From Yuukianura sp. NJ FZ-2021 (Eukaryota), in NCBI GenBank assembly GCA_046563655.1, contig CM102290.1, positions 4,030,001 to 4,094,000 on the forward strand: a DNA stretch of 64,000 nt, read 5' to 3'. The position numbers and the translations under genes were made by a program. This document shows, piece after piece, positions 23,401 to 35,900 of the stretch (within the stretch, counting starts at the first letter, position 1; each line of letters starts with the position of its first letter). The notes under the pieces were generated by a model that was given only the letters and a program-made list of their open reading frames with translations, ran no database searches and was not told the DNA's origin.

Positions 23401-26400
23401 TTTTCACAAATAGTAATATTGGGAGTATCGGGTAACAGACAAGCGACAAGCGGAGTCGACACTTTCATATTCCTGACCCTCAACATTGCTGTAGAGTTGT
23501 CGATGATCGTCTTCTCCAGCATATCATCCGGGATTTCATGTTTGGCGACGCTGAACTGGATGTCTTTGGACGTGCGTCCAGCAACTACGGGATTGGCCAA
23601 GTCCAGAGTACAGTTTATCTCCAGTGTCCCACCGGCTTCCAGCATGATGTCTCCCTTGGGGGAAGTAACTACACCAAAAAGTAACAAGAAAAGACAACTC
23701 ATTATTAAGAGTAATTAACACAATCGAACACCATCAGACACTCCAAATTCTGATGCTCACTAAAACTCAAAAGTGTAAATCGAATTATCGAATTTCAACA
23801 CTTATAGTTTGTATTTTAATAGTTTTCAGAACTATTAAAATTACTTTTTGAACCCAATGCTTTCCAAGCAGCCAACCAAACTAAACGCCAATACAGACCG
23901 GCTTAAATTTCGATGGTCCAAATTTTTATTTGCCATTGTTTAGTGTCTGACCGAGAAGAAGCCACTGTTCATGTCATTGTCATTTAAGTCGTTCTAAGCA
24001 TTTTCCAAGATCTCTTGGAAGTGCTCGTATAGTTCCCGGAAGACTCTAAATAAGTCATCCAATAATTTAAATCTTAGGAATGCTGGCGGGTCGAAGGAAA
24101 AGTGCCAGAACCTATGTATATGTGTCAAAATCTAACGATAAACTAACTTCAATTTTAAAGTAAAGAATGAAAAATGACTAAAAATGAGGCCTATGGCAAG
24201 AATCCTTGTTCTTTTACAAAAATCCTGTCTTTTCTTCTTGCGAAACTTGGCAAGTCATCGGCCATAGCCTTATACAAACCGATTTCAAGTGAACCAGCTC
24301 TCTACCGAATTCTAGGAACTTATGCGCTAGAGCAAACCTTAGATATATAGATGTTGCCCAATTAATCCACAATGCTTTTCCACCAAAAGAAAGTGTTGAT
24401 GTTGGTTTTTTGTGTAACCTAGACTCAAGTACTAAGTAAACAGTACTCCACGACCTTACAAAGAAAATACTTTTATAATGAGTTTCCTTGACACAATAAA
24501 GTTCAAAAATCTTCATTTACCAAATCTAAAATTTCAACAACACCATTTAAAAGTCAACATTCACTGGAATTCAAACCAAAACTCCAGAGGAGTTCCATTG
24601 AACAGAAATATGTACAAAGAACGCGAGTTAAGTATACTCAGATTCTAAGTAAAAAGGTACACAAAAAACTGTATTTCCTTTGAATAATTTTGTTTAATGT
24701 ACTTCAAGAAATCGGAAAGCAAACAAGAAATCTGGATTAAGGAACTCTGAAGTCTGAACTCTGAGTCCTATTTCCATGTAACTGACCACTGCCTTCCCCC
24801 CTTAATTTCTGTCCTTAATAATCCTCTTGTATGAAATTGCCAAACTACATCATCATTTTGTTTTACTTTACTTTGTCTTTCTGTTCGTTTTCACATACAT
24901 AAAATAATCTCTGGATACTTGGATTCATTAAACATCACAACAACCTAGCTTTAACAACACAATTTCTTTTCAAGCAATATTCGCTAATGACATTCAACGG
25001 AGGCCAAAGTCAAGCAGTATTTGTTCCTCTCGCCATTGACAAAGAAATTGGCATGTTTAAATTTGGAACCAAAGTTTTTTTCAATGAAAAATAAAATCAA
25101 ATTGCTTTTTGGTACAGTTATTTTCAGTTTTTACTTCACATTTCGCTCCATTAAAGTGGATGTAATAAGTGAGTGCATTCAAGGTTTCTATAGTCCCTGG
25201 CATTTCCCCGATTACAGTTCATTTGTTCACGAATTTTGAGAGATATAAGGTGATCAGTAACCAATTTTCTTTATTGTCAAGAAATCATTTTGCGTAGGAA
25301 GATGAAGATCAGGAGAGACTTCATCCGTGCTAATCTCAATACTCAGAGAGACCTGTGATCATCACAGTGTGATCTGTAGGTTGCAACTTAATGTCGGCAC
25401 GGAACATTCCTTATTGATTACTACTAGTTGTAGAAAATCTCTACGTATGTTGTTGTTTCATAAGTTGTGAACAGCGACAAATTAATCCGCATCTCCAAAT
25501 TGTAACTTTACCCACCCGTGCATGACTCCATGTGCAACTAGCAATAGCAATTAGTCCAAATATGTGAAACCAATATGTTAGAAACAAAAGAATCTAATAA
25601 AAAGATAAAAACAAAGACAAGGATTTCACCATACTTTTACCACATAAAAGCTGTTGAAAGCGTCAAACTTTACGAAATATTCATTTCTAAAATATGCATT
25701 TAAGGATCCATCCAATTTCAGTCAGTCAAAAACATAGTCAACTCCCACACCGCATTTTTTTTTGTGTTAGAAATAGCTGCGTTGTTGTGGTTAAAACTTT
25801 TTGTTTAAAGTAATTGAGTGTGAGGCTCCGTGGCCAAGCCAAATTTCATCAGTTTTTGATTTTCGTTTAAATTTTTTCGGTATTTGCAGCTTATAACAAG
25901 TCTTGGAAGTGCAAACTAAGACCACTTCAGTTTTAACTTCTGGAATGACGACAAAGCCAGAGCATGCCTTGGCACTTTGCCTGAAAGTTTGAACTTTTAG
26001 TAGTAACCAAAGTCTAGCCTAGCATCTAGCTACTTCTGCCTTTTTGATTAGGTTTCTGAACATAGCAAAGTTCCGTGAGACTTATGCCTGAACTTTATTT
26101 TGAATTTGATACAAAAAATGCATCAAAAAAAGTCCTCTGTATAACAAAACAACCGACAATTTAGCCTAGAATGAATATTATTATTTACTCTTGCTTTCTC
26201 AGGGAAATGAAAACTCAAAGGCTGGGCTAATTTTGTTGATTGAAAAACTAATTAATACGGGCCACAGAAAATATCAGCAGGAAAATACAACCGCACCCTC
26301 TAAATTATACGGAAGTCTATAGGGTCTGATCTCTGTCCCACGCAAAACCACTGGAACACCGGAGGGGTCAATTTAGCGGGAGTTCAGCACACAATGGGCA

Positions 26401-27742
26401 CGTCCAAGACGACCAACGACGTAATCAAACTGGCCAGCTAAATCCTACATAATTTAGTAATCGGATGCTGGAAGAAGACAAAGAACAACAATGGGTCCGT
26501 CGTTAGCTGTCGCATGCGCACAGGAAATTCTGGCAAACGTGGCTTTTAGTTAATACTGTATTCAGGAATTAAACATTTAGCAAGAAAGTGGAATATTGAA
26601 TGAAGTTTGTTCTTGCAAATTCTAAAAAGTTGTGAACAAAGTTCATGTCGGAGTAGATTTCTTAGCATGGCAGAAGATTAGAATTTAATAAACAATGTCA
26701 TCATTTCCAAACAAAATGCTAAACAAAACAGTAATTTTTCTATAAACTGTTTGCACTGTACCCGCTCAGCAGCGCTCAAGAAGACAGACTACTAAAAATT
26801 TCGGAGCCCATGACATTCGTTACGAAAATTTCCAATAGGTTAAAAGGTCACCTTCACGCCCAATCCATTGTCCAACGATATTAGAAGTTACATATTAAAA
26901 GCCTGATGAAAAACTTATGAGCATGGCTGTATAGAGCGTTCCAGGTTTTGCCAATGTCAAAGGCCGAGGACAATGTTTTCTTTGGTAACACCACAGCGCT
27001 TTGCTTTCATAAAATGTGAAGTTGACTATGGAAGACTTTTAAGTAACACAGTAAACAGTTAGTTAATGGCGTAATTAATACGTTATATGGCTGCTCTAAT
27101 ATTAAGCATTCAATGGTGCTGTTGTGATTGAGTACTGAACTATTTATGAGGTCAAAGCAGTCTATCAATGGGTCAAAATATGAGGCTAGCAAGGTCAAAT
27201 GTCTCATTGGGTTCCAGTTGACAAACAAAATGTTGTGACATGCCTAAGTTGTACTTTTGCGGATGAAATTCTGAATCCTTACATTTGAGAAACCTTATCA
27301 GTTGACCACAGAATGGATTACTTCCGACACTTCCAAGAACTCGGGGCAAATTAATAAGAAACAATTGTTTCCTAGATTGATTGTCAAGTCAAGTAATAGT
27401 TTTGGAGTTTTGTCGCGTTCACCAACATCTCAATTAACCAATTTACTTCGATTCAATCGAAGTATACTCCATACCCAGCATGACAACTAATCCTCATGCT
27501 CGAGATGATCTGGATTTTCTGATCAACCGTTTCGACATTGGTGCTAAGCACTGACTAAACCTGATACTTATCAAGTAATTAGTAGTTGCATGTCAACAGT
27601 TAGTTAATGTTTGGATGACCTTACCTCCCAATGTCAAGAGACCAGGCATACATATGAACTGGTTGTCTGGTACTGCTGATTGTACTGGCTGAGAATAGAG
27701 CTGGTAGGTGCAGAAAACGTAAAGAATACTTCGTAGGATCAT
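17036..27742 (-). CDS. dome: Domeless-type class I cytokine receptor (gp130-like; JAK/STAT pathway), complete, about 1200 aa
   Basis: 20 GT-AG exons with consistent phases: 27742-27625, 23668-23384, 23308-23194, 23126-22933, 22754-22597, 22464-22299, 21958-21796, 21669-21521, 20933-20785, 20691-20535, 20452-20300, 20003-19842, 19735-19521, 19431-19320, 19247-19056 (donor may be 19086), 19007-18867, 18742-18661, 18587-18362, 18014-17754, 17443-17036 (3606 nt). Architecture: signal peptide, Ig-like domain (PKGDIMLEAGGTLEINCTL), cytokine-binding module (CVARNWASLNCTW; DFWS), several FN3 repeats (FAVSAN..SSGMVVATC; LENLDPYSSYIIWV; GNWS), TM helix, Box1-like VIAPPGL, tyrosine-rich tail, TGA at 17038-17036. 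Confidence 0.92.
18661..18742 (-). CDS. dome: domeless transmembrane exon; absent from the ORF track
   Basis: NEVWFIWILIAIASLICFVMITLISLK followed in the next exon by the basic stop-transfer FWRKLK; flanked by TTTTTAG and GTAAGT. Confidence 0.92.
27625..27742 (-). CDS. dome: domeless first coding exon (signal peptide); absent from the ORF track
   Basis: MILRSILYVFCTYQLYSQPVQSAVPDNQFICMPGLLTLG, donor G|GTAAGG in phase 1 joining (V)TSPKGDI at 23668. Confidence 0.85.
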
Positions 27743-30306
27743 TTTCCAGTGTGTTCCTTATTCCTTCCAGGACCTCGCCACTGCATTTAAGTAATTCACA
27801 CTTTGGCGAATCGGTCACATTGTTCTATTGATTACTTGAAGGTTACGGTTGCTGAACGTTAATTCTTGCGTTATTCAAGTGTACATCGACCACTTCATAC
27901 GGTAAGAAAACTTCCATTGGTAAAGCAACTGCTGATGTTCGTTGCCTAGTACCTGGTTAACTGTAGTTAAAATTGTTCAGCTCCAGGCAGGGTAGGCTCC
28001 GTAGTATTAGAGACGCAGATATCGTGACCCAGTGACGTTGACCCTTCGTTAGGTTAATAATGTGAACGGACACTAAGTCATTACAGCATGTTTACTATCC
28101 GTACTCACGTAACCGCGTAAATTGTGATGCCTCGAAAGAAAGATAAGTAGCGTGAGACACAATGTCAATTTGCTATTGAAGTTAATTGAAATTAATTGTA
28201 AGAGAATTGTTTTGTAGTGGATTGAGGAGTGGAAACACTTCTACTGAGGTTGTAAAGAGGGATAGGATAGCTACCGAGTGGATCTTATTTTTTACTTTCA
28301 GCATTCAATGTTGTGAGTGCGCAGTGGGTTCCATTGTGGGGCATAAACAACCGAGGCCTAATAAAGGTCTTGGGCATCTAATCCAACCCACACAACCAAA
28401 CAACCTTTGGAACACTACAGCAAAAGTTAGGCTCATCATACCATGGCGTAGTGTTTTAGGCAAGTTCATAAGCAAACAAAGAATTCCATGACCCCACATA
28501 ACCTTAAAGACATGATGCGAACGGCGAACATTATTTTAGTAACCTTCAACTCATTTCTGGGTCTAGGATCCATTTTGGTAACTGCTAAGCAGTGTTGCTG
28601 AATATTCACACCTAGATATCCAGTGGAAGAAATGGACGAAATCCAAGAGTCCAAAGGCGCGGAGAGTCCGCGGTCATTTTGAACTATTTGAAAATAAAGA
28701 GCGGCAAAAATGGAAATGGCTGCACAAACAAAGCCAAATAGTTCCAAAGTACTGAATAGTACGAAAACTGAAATTTTCAGGTCATGATCAAATAAGTTTC
28801 AAAAGTATTTTGGCAAAAGAATTTTTGTGATTTCGTGTGAAAGTGCCTTAAGTCGAAACAAGATATGCAGCGGTCCTCAGTCTTTTTTTAACATTCTTTT
28901 AAGCAGAAGGTGAAGGATGACTACGTTAAACAGATGCCAAATTCTCCATAACCAATGAACATTAGCTGGAAATCGCAGAGGATAGTATTAAATTCGCAGT
29001 CTAATCAATCACAAATAAGTGGCGAAAAAACCCGACATGTTTGCAGAAAAATCTGTGCATCGTCAGAACGCCCAGTCAGAGCGGGATTTACGACGCTCCC
29101 AAACTTTTTTTTTATTAGTGACTGGGTAGTTCCGAAGAAATTGGCACCAAGTTTACTTAAGCCTAAGCTAACACGAAATTATCTGGAATAGGAAATGTAA
29201 CGCTAATTTTCGAGTTGTCCATGTTCCTCCTGTGCTGATTCGATTAAGTGCAGAGGACATTGCACTATGAATCTTTCCCTACTTTTTCCGTGTTAAAATG
29301 AATAAAGAATACTAGGTTGGTAGTACTGCATACTAGTACTTGACGTATCAATTATAATTAGAAACTCAATCCACTAGTCACGCAACTATTAGGCGGTGCT
29401 GCTGTATGTCATACTGGATTTGGTGAGGTAGTAGTGAAATATCACAAGAAAAATCGGTGTTGAAATCTGTTCTCCCCGCCCTTCCGAAGGCCATGCGCTT
29501 CACATAACCTAGAATTGATTTTATGTCTTTCAGTTGATGGTTCGGAGTCCGAACTTCGGACGGAGGTTATAGAATTTTAAAATTTCTTCACCAGCGCACT
29601 TTAGAATACGAGGACCAATCGGTCCGTCACCGAAGGGAGCGTTACAGGATGTTGTTTATTATTTTAAGGCTCAAGGGCCACTTTTTAGCCCCTTTGCGTT
29701 GTTCCAGATGTGTGGGAACAACATTTTAGTGACAAAACCGACTTTTCTTAAAAAGCAACATGACACGTCACTTTTAGATTTCACAGTTCTCCCATGTCTA
29801 AAATCTCTACCACTTGAACCACATAATCCTCGAAGTAAAAACACATCAACAACTTTACCGTTTTAAAAATTTTGAAGTTAAACTTATAATTTACTTATAT
29901 GTAGTATAATTTCGGAAAGGCGTTTCAATTTAAAAATTCACAGCTACTGCTTATTGGCTCAGACGAAAGTTGATAAACACGGAAATATGACATAGGAAAA
30001 CGTTAACAAACATCCTTGGAAAATGATATTTGGCCAATTGTATTTTCGTATACACTACAATTTGAAAGTTAGTTTTACAGTATAATTCTATCAGATTACT
30101 GCTAATTAATTAGTTTTAGCGTCAGTTGATTTAAGAAAAAAGCGACGCATGCGCCCTCTACCGCTCGCCAGAAAGAGTGAAACAAAGAGAAAACGATTCT
30201 TTGTGTGTATAGGGGCCTCTTTGGTCCAAGCCAAACGCTTTAGCAAATTACCTCGAAATTCGTCTCTTTTATGATCATTATTGGTCAAAATAACCAACAT
30301 AAGATG

Positions 30307-30356
30307 AGGTCACAGGTCATTTGGTGACATTTTACATTGTGGTTATTTCCAGGTCA
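30307..30356 (+). promoter_or_regulatory. Nuclear receptor DR1 element plus an extra half-site
   Basis: AGGTCAcAGGTCA at 30307-30319 and a third AGGTCA at 30351-30356. Confidence 0.4.
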
Positions 30357-31550
30357 AGGTAAATCAGAAGTGATTGATAGACCTACACAATATGAATTTG
30401 CACTTGTGCGAATTCGTGTTATTCGAAAATGCTAGTTTGTTATGTAAACAAATTTTTTGGAAGTGAAACTGGTTGTAATACTTGTACTGATCTTCAGTTT
30501 ATTTTTTGGCAAAGTGTGTTGTTTTTGGGAAGATGGCTAGCTGAGGACGGAGACAGTTGAGAATTGATGTGGACGGGTGAAAGGGACTTAAGGACGGAAA
30601 GTGTTAAGGGAAAGTGCGGTGTTGTGAAAGTTAGTGGAGAAATGTTTTCCTTGTCACTCGTGTTAAGGAGGCACTTTGAAACATAAATTTTGTAAATACT
30701 AAAACACTTGAGGGATCCCATCCACAGATTTTCCTCTCCCCTGTCAACTCGACTGTCAAAATTTAATCATGCGTAAATTCAATACTGTCATTCCCTGAAT
30801 CTCTTCCCACCGGAAAGTCCCACCCAAAGCATCTCAAAGGTGGGCCTATCCAAATGTGAATCATAAAATATGCACAAGCGGAAGCGGAATAAAGTTAGGA
30901 GGTAACAGGATAAAAAAAAATCTATTTTCAACTTGTAACAGAATCAATGCAAACTGCCAATTCTCTTCATCCATTTCTCTGCTTTTAGTATTACGATAAA
31001 AAAAAACGGAAATCGGTTTCCCACTTCCTTGCGGTTTTCGTCAACCGGATGTTAGGCAACTAAACATTCGCTTCCCCTATTCGTTCTTCCTGGACTTCTC
31101 ATTCAGATTACAAGATTGCAATTTGCAACATTCGTAACCATGAAACGTGTTTAGCACTATCCTGTTTACTTTGAAGCATCAGGGACTGAAGAAACTAGAG
31201 TAATCATGCAAAGCTCGGCACTGCCCAATCCCCTACTCTTTGCAATCCCCGATCTGCGTTAGTACGAATGTGGATTGCTGGAACGGGATCGTAGCAACAG
31301 TGCCAAGCAGAGTTCCACGTTTAATAGTGTAACACTTTATACTATAAAACTTTGGCAACTAACAACAATAAGGGTTTGGTACAAAAAAATCCAAATTCAA
31401 TTCCAATAAATAAACAAATTAATTCAATATAAATTCAAAATATTATACTTGAAGCGAGGCCTCGCTACTTAAGTACCTTTCATAAAATTTGACACGAGAC
31501 AATTTTTTTAAGAAAATTCGCTTAGGTATAGGTAGAGTACGTACTAGGGT

Positions 31551-31636
31551 AAGTCAAAATTTCAGATTTGAGAATTAGAAGTTGGTCCACCACAAGTCAA
31601 AATTTTTAGATATTTTTGAGAATTAGAAGTTCGTCT
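31551..31636. repeat. Imperfect tandem duplication of about 40 bp
   Basis: aagtcaaaatttcagatttgagaattagaagttggtc followed by aagtcaaaatttttagatatttttgagaattagaagttcgtc. Confidence 0.75.
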
Positions 31637-31935
31637 CCAAGTCGTCTCCTATTGGGGACCAACATCTATCACGTGATTTAACGGATATGGCGAAGCCGCA
31701 GAGCCCCAGCATGAGCAAGCAAACCCAGCATGCTTTGAAAATACTAAAAGTAAGGTTTTTCAAGGGCTTTTGATCGGACCAAGCGCTTATACGTAGAGCA
31801 TACGTTTTGTATGAGAGTCCGAGGAATCCGCTTAAAAGTCAGGGTCCGCCATTTAGGCAGACCCCCATATTGCGTCTATTTAAGGGCGTTCCATACGATA
31901 ACAAGCTGGACCAGTAACTTTCGTTTTTGCAGTAA

Positions 31936-32173
31936 TGGTGTTCACGTAAAAGTGTATACCAGCAGACTCAAAAGCGTCGATTTCTAAAATTGTGGGGCGA
32001 GTTGAGCACCAAATTCAGCCCTGAATTGCAAAATATTGCAATGCGGAAAATATTGCAATGCGTATTTTTTATAGAATTTTTTTTTACCTCAGCCTCCAAC
32101 CAGTACCAGAGATTGCTAATTTCTACTAAATGACATAAAATGTTTTGAGTGTCTACGTTTTCGTGAACAACCC
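31936..32173. mobile_element. Possible degenerate PIF/Harbinger-like MITE
   Basis: Left end TGGTGTTCACGTAAAAGTGTATAC versus reverse complement of right end GGGTTGTTCACGAAAACGTAGAC; TAA on both flanks (31933-31935, 32174-32176). Confidence 0.35.
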
Positions 32174-32289
32174 TAAACTGTCGCCGCATAACGACATAAT
32201 GTCAAAGGGGAGAGACGTTCAAATCGACAGCGAACATTCTAAAAGTCCACAGTGACCTGGTCTAACAGTAGGCAGTAATAGGAAGTGTT

Positions 32290-32904
32290 TAACCTTCAGT
32301 TAAACTTAACTTTTGGCAATGACATTCTCGCCAACGTCACCATCAGTCGAGATCGCTGATTTGAGTTAGTTTCCACCGGAAACGTGTTTGTAAATGTTAC
32401 GTGTTGTTGTTTGTAATGGGTGCTCAGGTAGGGTTGCCCGGAGCAACGGATTCTCTTGGACACAAAGGAAGAGACGAAAAACCTCCGAGTCTGCCTCTTT
32501 CCCTACCAACAACGTTCAAGGAACAGAGGCTCCGACTCGGATATATACCGTCTCCGCCATTTTAGACCTCTTCCAGAACTAACCCCTATACCAACTATTT
32601 ACACCCTCCCAGTCTTAACACCCTGCAACAACAAAAACATCAACTAATTAGTTAACTAACCCATACGAACACTTGTAAACACTGTCACCGCTAAAGTACT
32701 TGGCGTATCATCATCATAGTCTCAGGTTCTCTGATCTCTCACCCCCTTGTTTACCAACATTAACATTCCACCTAATCTCACATGCTCAACTACACCCTGC
32801 TAACTAAAAGTTATTTCAGTTACTTTTGGCACTTTGGAGGGTGCTCATCATATTCATCCGTACATCGGTGCATCCCAGTCGTCCATCCACTGACACTTAA
32901 GATC
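32290..32904 (+). promoter_or_regulatory. Candidate promoter and first non-coding exon of the latrophilin gene
   Basis: Initiator-like TCAGTT (about 32297) and TCAGTC (about 32343), followed by a donor ATC|GTAAGT at 32905; further plus-strand donors (33959, 35361) and strong acceptors (about 37248, 42710, 45850, 55038) follow. Linkage to Cirl is inferred. Confidence 0.35.
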
Positions 32905-35900
32905 GTAAGTCATTCGTTTTGAATTTTAAGTAGTTGTCAATCGTTTTTCGACGTGTCAGTCCGGTGACAAAAGACACGTTTAACTGAACTGAATACTTCA
33001 TTTAATTGATCATGCTGTGTAGGGGGTAAGACATTGACAATGTGAAGTTTCAAGCCAGTTCACTCCCATGGGGCTGAGAGTTCTGATCATCATCTAGTAA
33101 ACTTAAACTTGACCTTCACTGTCTTAGATTTATAAATAGCTTGAACCATCTTTTAACCGCACGATTTTTTTGACAGTTCCAGACTAAACCAACCTCCGAG
33201 GGACAGCAGGATTTGAACATTAATTGGAAACTTCAAACGATTACTAATCCGACCAGACGAAACGTTTAGCTTGACAGATGCGATAGCCAAAGATAGAAAA
33301 CCATCGTCATTCGTCTTCCATGAGACACACGATCGACCACTGCCAACTCTCTCGCCATCGATTCAACTACGTTTTCCGGTCTATCAACAGAAAATCTTGT
33401 GCAAATGCTGTCTCGTTTTGCTTCTCTGTGAAGATCAACAGTGGCTGGCGACTACAAGAATAGCATCTGAGAAACTGGTGTTTGCTGTTCCCATAATTCA
33501 TCATCTTTAAGAACTGGACCCACTCCTTCTCCATCAACTTCGGACGATGATAAGAACCAACTCAAATTAATCCAGCCCACTTTTATCATCCGCGTTTGTG
33601 GAATTTTCTACACAAACCAAGTACAATTCCCATTCTCAGATTAACTGTACATTCCCAGAATTCATCGCTTACTATTAGTTTAAAAGTGTTCAGTGCAACG
33701 ATTAACTTGTCAGTGTGAATCAGTTAGCAAGTTCGTAAACTCTACAGAGTCACAATTCCTTTTAAAAAGAAGTGGAAGAATAGTACTGACTTCACAAACC
33801 CTTCTGGCTTAAGCCTGATAGATAATTCTGTGAAGTGACCCCGCCGATTACTTCTATTAGCAAACATTGACTCATCCTTGTTAAGTTTTGTGTCCTGCAG
33901 CTATCAGCTTATTCTGGGTGGATCAAAACTTCAAAACCATCGCCTTCACTGCTAATACGTAAGTATTTTACCAATTTACTTTAATTGTTATGAAGGTTCC
34001 AAGAACCTGTGCAGTAGTTAGCCATAACGATAACCTGTTATGATGTAATGCATTGAACAAAGACGAGAGAAAGATGAGGGGTAGTTTTGGCGATCAATAT
34101 TCATTCCACTTTAAGTTTGGTTTCCAAATGTTTTTAATTTATTAAAGTGACTCTAATTTATTCCTGACGTAAGTTCCCATTATACTGATCCGAAATTGAA
34201 ATGGCAAACACTCCGAATATTTCCAGTAACAGGGAATAATGTAATGTATCTATTTTAGTTCATTTTTCATATTATATTCATTGTTATGATTTCATAAATA
34301 GGTTGAGCCTTGAACATGGCGTGACTTTCCACTACTTTCTCCATCGTAAATTTGGTCTAATTTTGCACACTTTAACGTTTTATTAATAGCCACCTACCCG
34401 AACTATAGACGCTCAAAAAAGATTGAATTCACGAATTTGGCAAATTTTACTAGTACTTACAATGTACCTTTCCCATTGCATAATCTGAAAAGACTTTTTC
34501 AATGTTTACAAATAAGCTCGCGAGTTTATTGCTGCGATTGGATTACATTGCACTAAAAGTAAAACTCAAGAGAACTGAAATGAGAGAGCATAGAGTTAAG
34601 TGGGCTTGGAGATCTTGTAAAATTTAATGCCTTTTGACTCATTCTTTCGGCTAACATTAAAAAGACGAGGAAGTATACCGTTGTGGCCATTTCGCTTATC
34701 TTACCCTCTTTTCAACTAATTTACGCAAAACCATAACCATTCATTTTTGCAATGTTTTCTTTTCTTTTTCGCTTTTTTGAGGGTAAGTTTCTTATTTTTT
34801 CAGTTTTTTTTTTTGTGGGAACGGGTGCTAGGAATGCTATTTTTAGTGATGAGGTGTGGTGTACCTCTTGTTTTACTTGGAATAATTAGAATACAATGGA
34901 CTTAGGCGGGTAAGATCTTTCGAAGATTCTGAGATAGTAATCAATCGTTTTTGCAATTCCGAAGCCCTTAGTAAGTCAAAGTCAAGCGCTTTAGGATGAA
35001 AAAAGAGGCAAACAATGAGTAGCTCTGTTCGTGTCAAGGTGGTAATGATTAGGATGAGGAGTGAATATTAGTCTGTAAATAAACGTTTCATGTTTTAATT
35101 AATTATTTCATCAAACATCGTGTTGATTCAGAGATTTGGACTTTATGAATGACTCAGAGAGTCCATGAATGAACACTTTGAACAATGAATTTGGAGCACG
35201 ATTTTCATTATGAATTCTGGTTTCAATTCTAGGCACTTTTTTCAAGATTTGTATCAGGAAGGATTTCCAGATTCAGAACAATTGAATACCCACCGCCATA
35301 GATTATACTCTCAACTTGATTATCAATGACTGACACTTCTTTCCGCAACTCCTGATTCAAGGTAAGCACGTTATTTCAAAAATTTCATTTTTTTTTTAAT
35401 AAAGTTTTCTTGTAAGTAGAAAAATTTAAGTTTGGCACTAAATCCAAGACAACGGAATTGATTCAGAGGCGTTGCGTTTCATATTTTGGAATTTACTTGC
35501 CTATTTATTTTGAAAACGAACTTTTACGTAAGTAATCTGCGCGCAACTTTAACTTTATGTTGGATGTTAGCCACATTTTGACTGTTCTGTCAGGTCAATT
35601 TAAAATTTTTGATTAGGGATAAAGGGAAGGCATTGTGTAGGAGGGAATGGCTAGAAAATGTTAGTTTTTGAAACGGACTTGAGTAACTGTGACTGTGACT
35701 ACACTTGGAGTGGTGCACTAGTGAAAAGTGAGAGAGATGAAGTTTATTATTCCTGAATAAATAAACTTTGGGCAGACGGGGTTAGATTTAAAGAGAAACA
35801 TGGACGCCGAGAAATATGGTTTCTAAAAGCTGCCATTTCAAATGTCAATAGTTGTAGTTTCACTTCTCTGCGGTCACCAAAATTACCACTGCTGAGGATG

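Noticed and set aside
28305..28747. Hydrophobic minus-strand ORFs as the domeless signal-peptide exon
   Set aside because: Exon 27742-27625 has a better signal peptide, a consensus donor and the correct phase; these ORFs are more likely UTR/uORF or chance.
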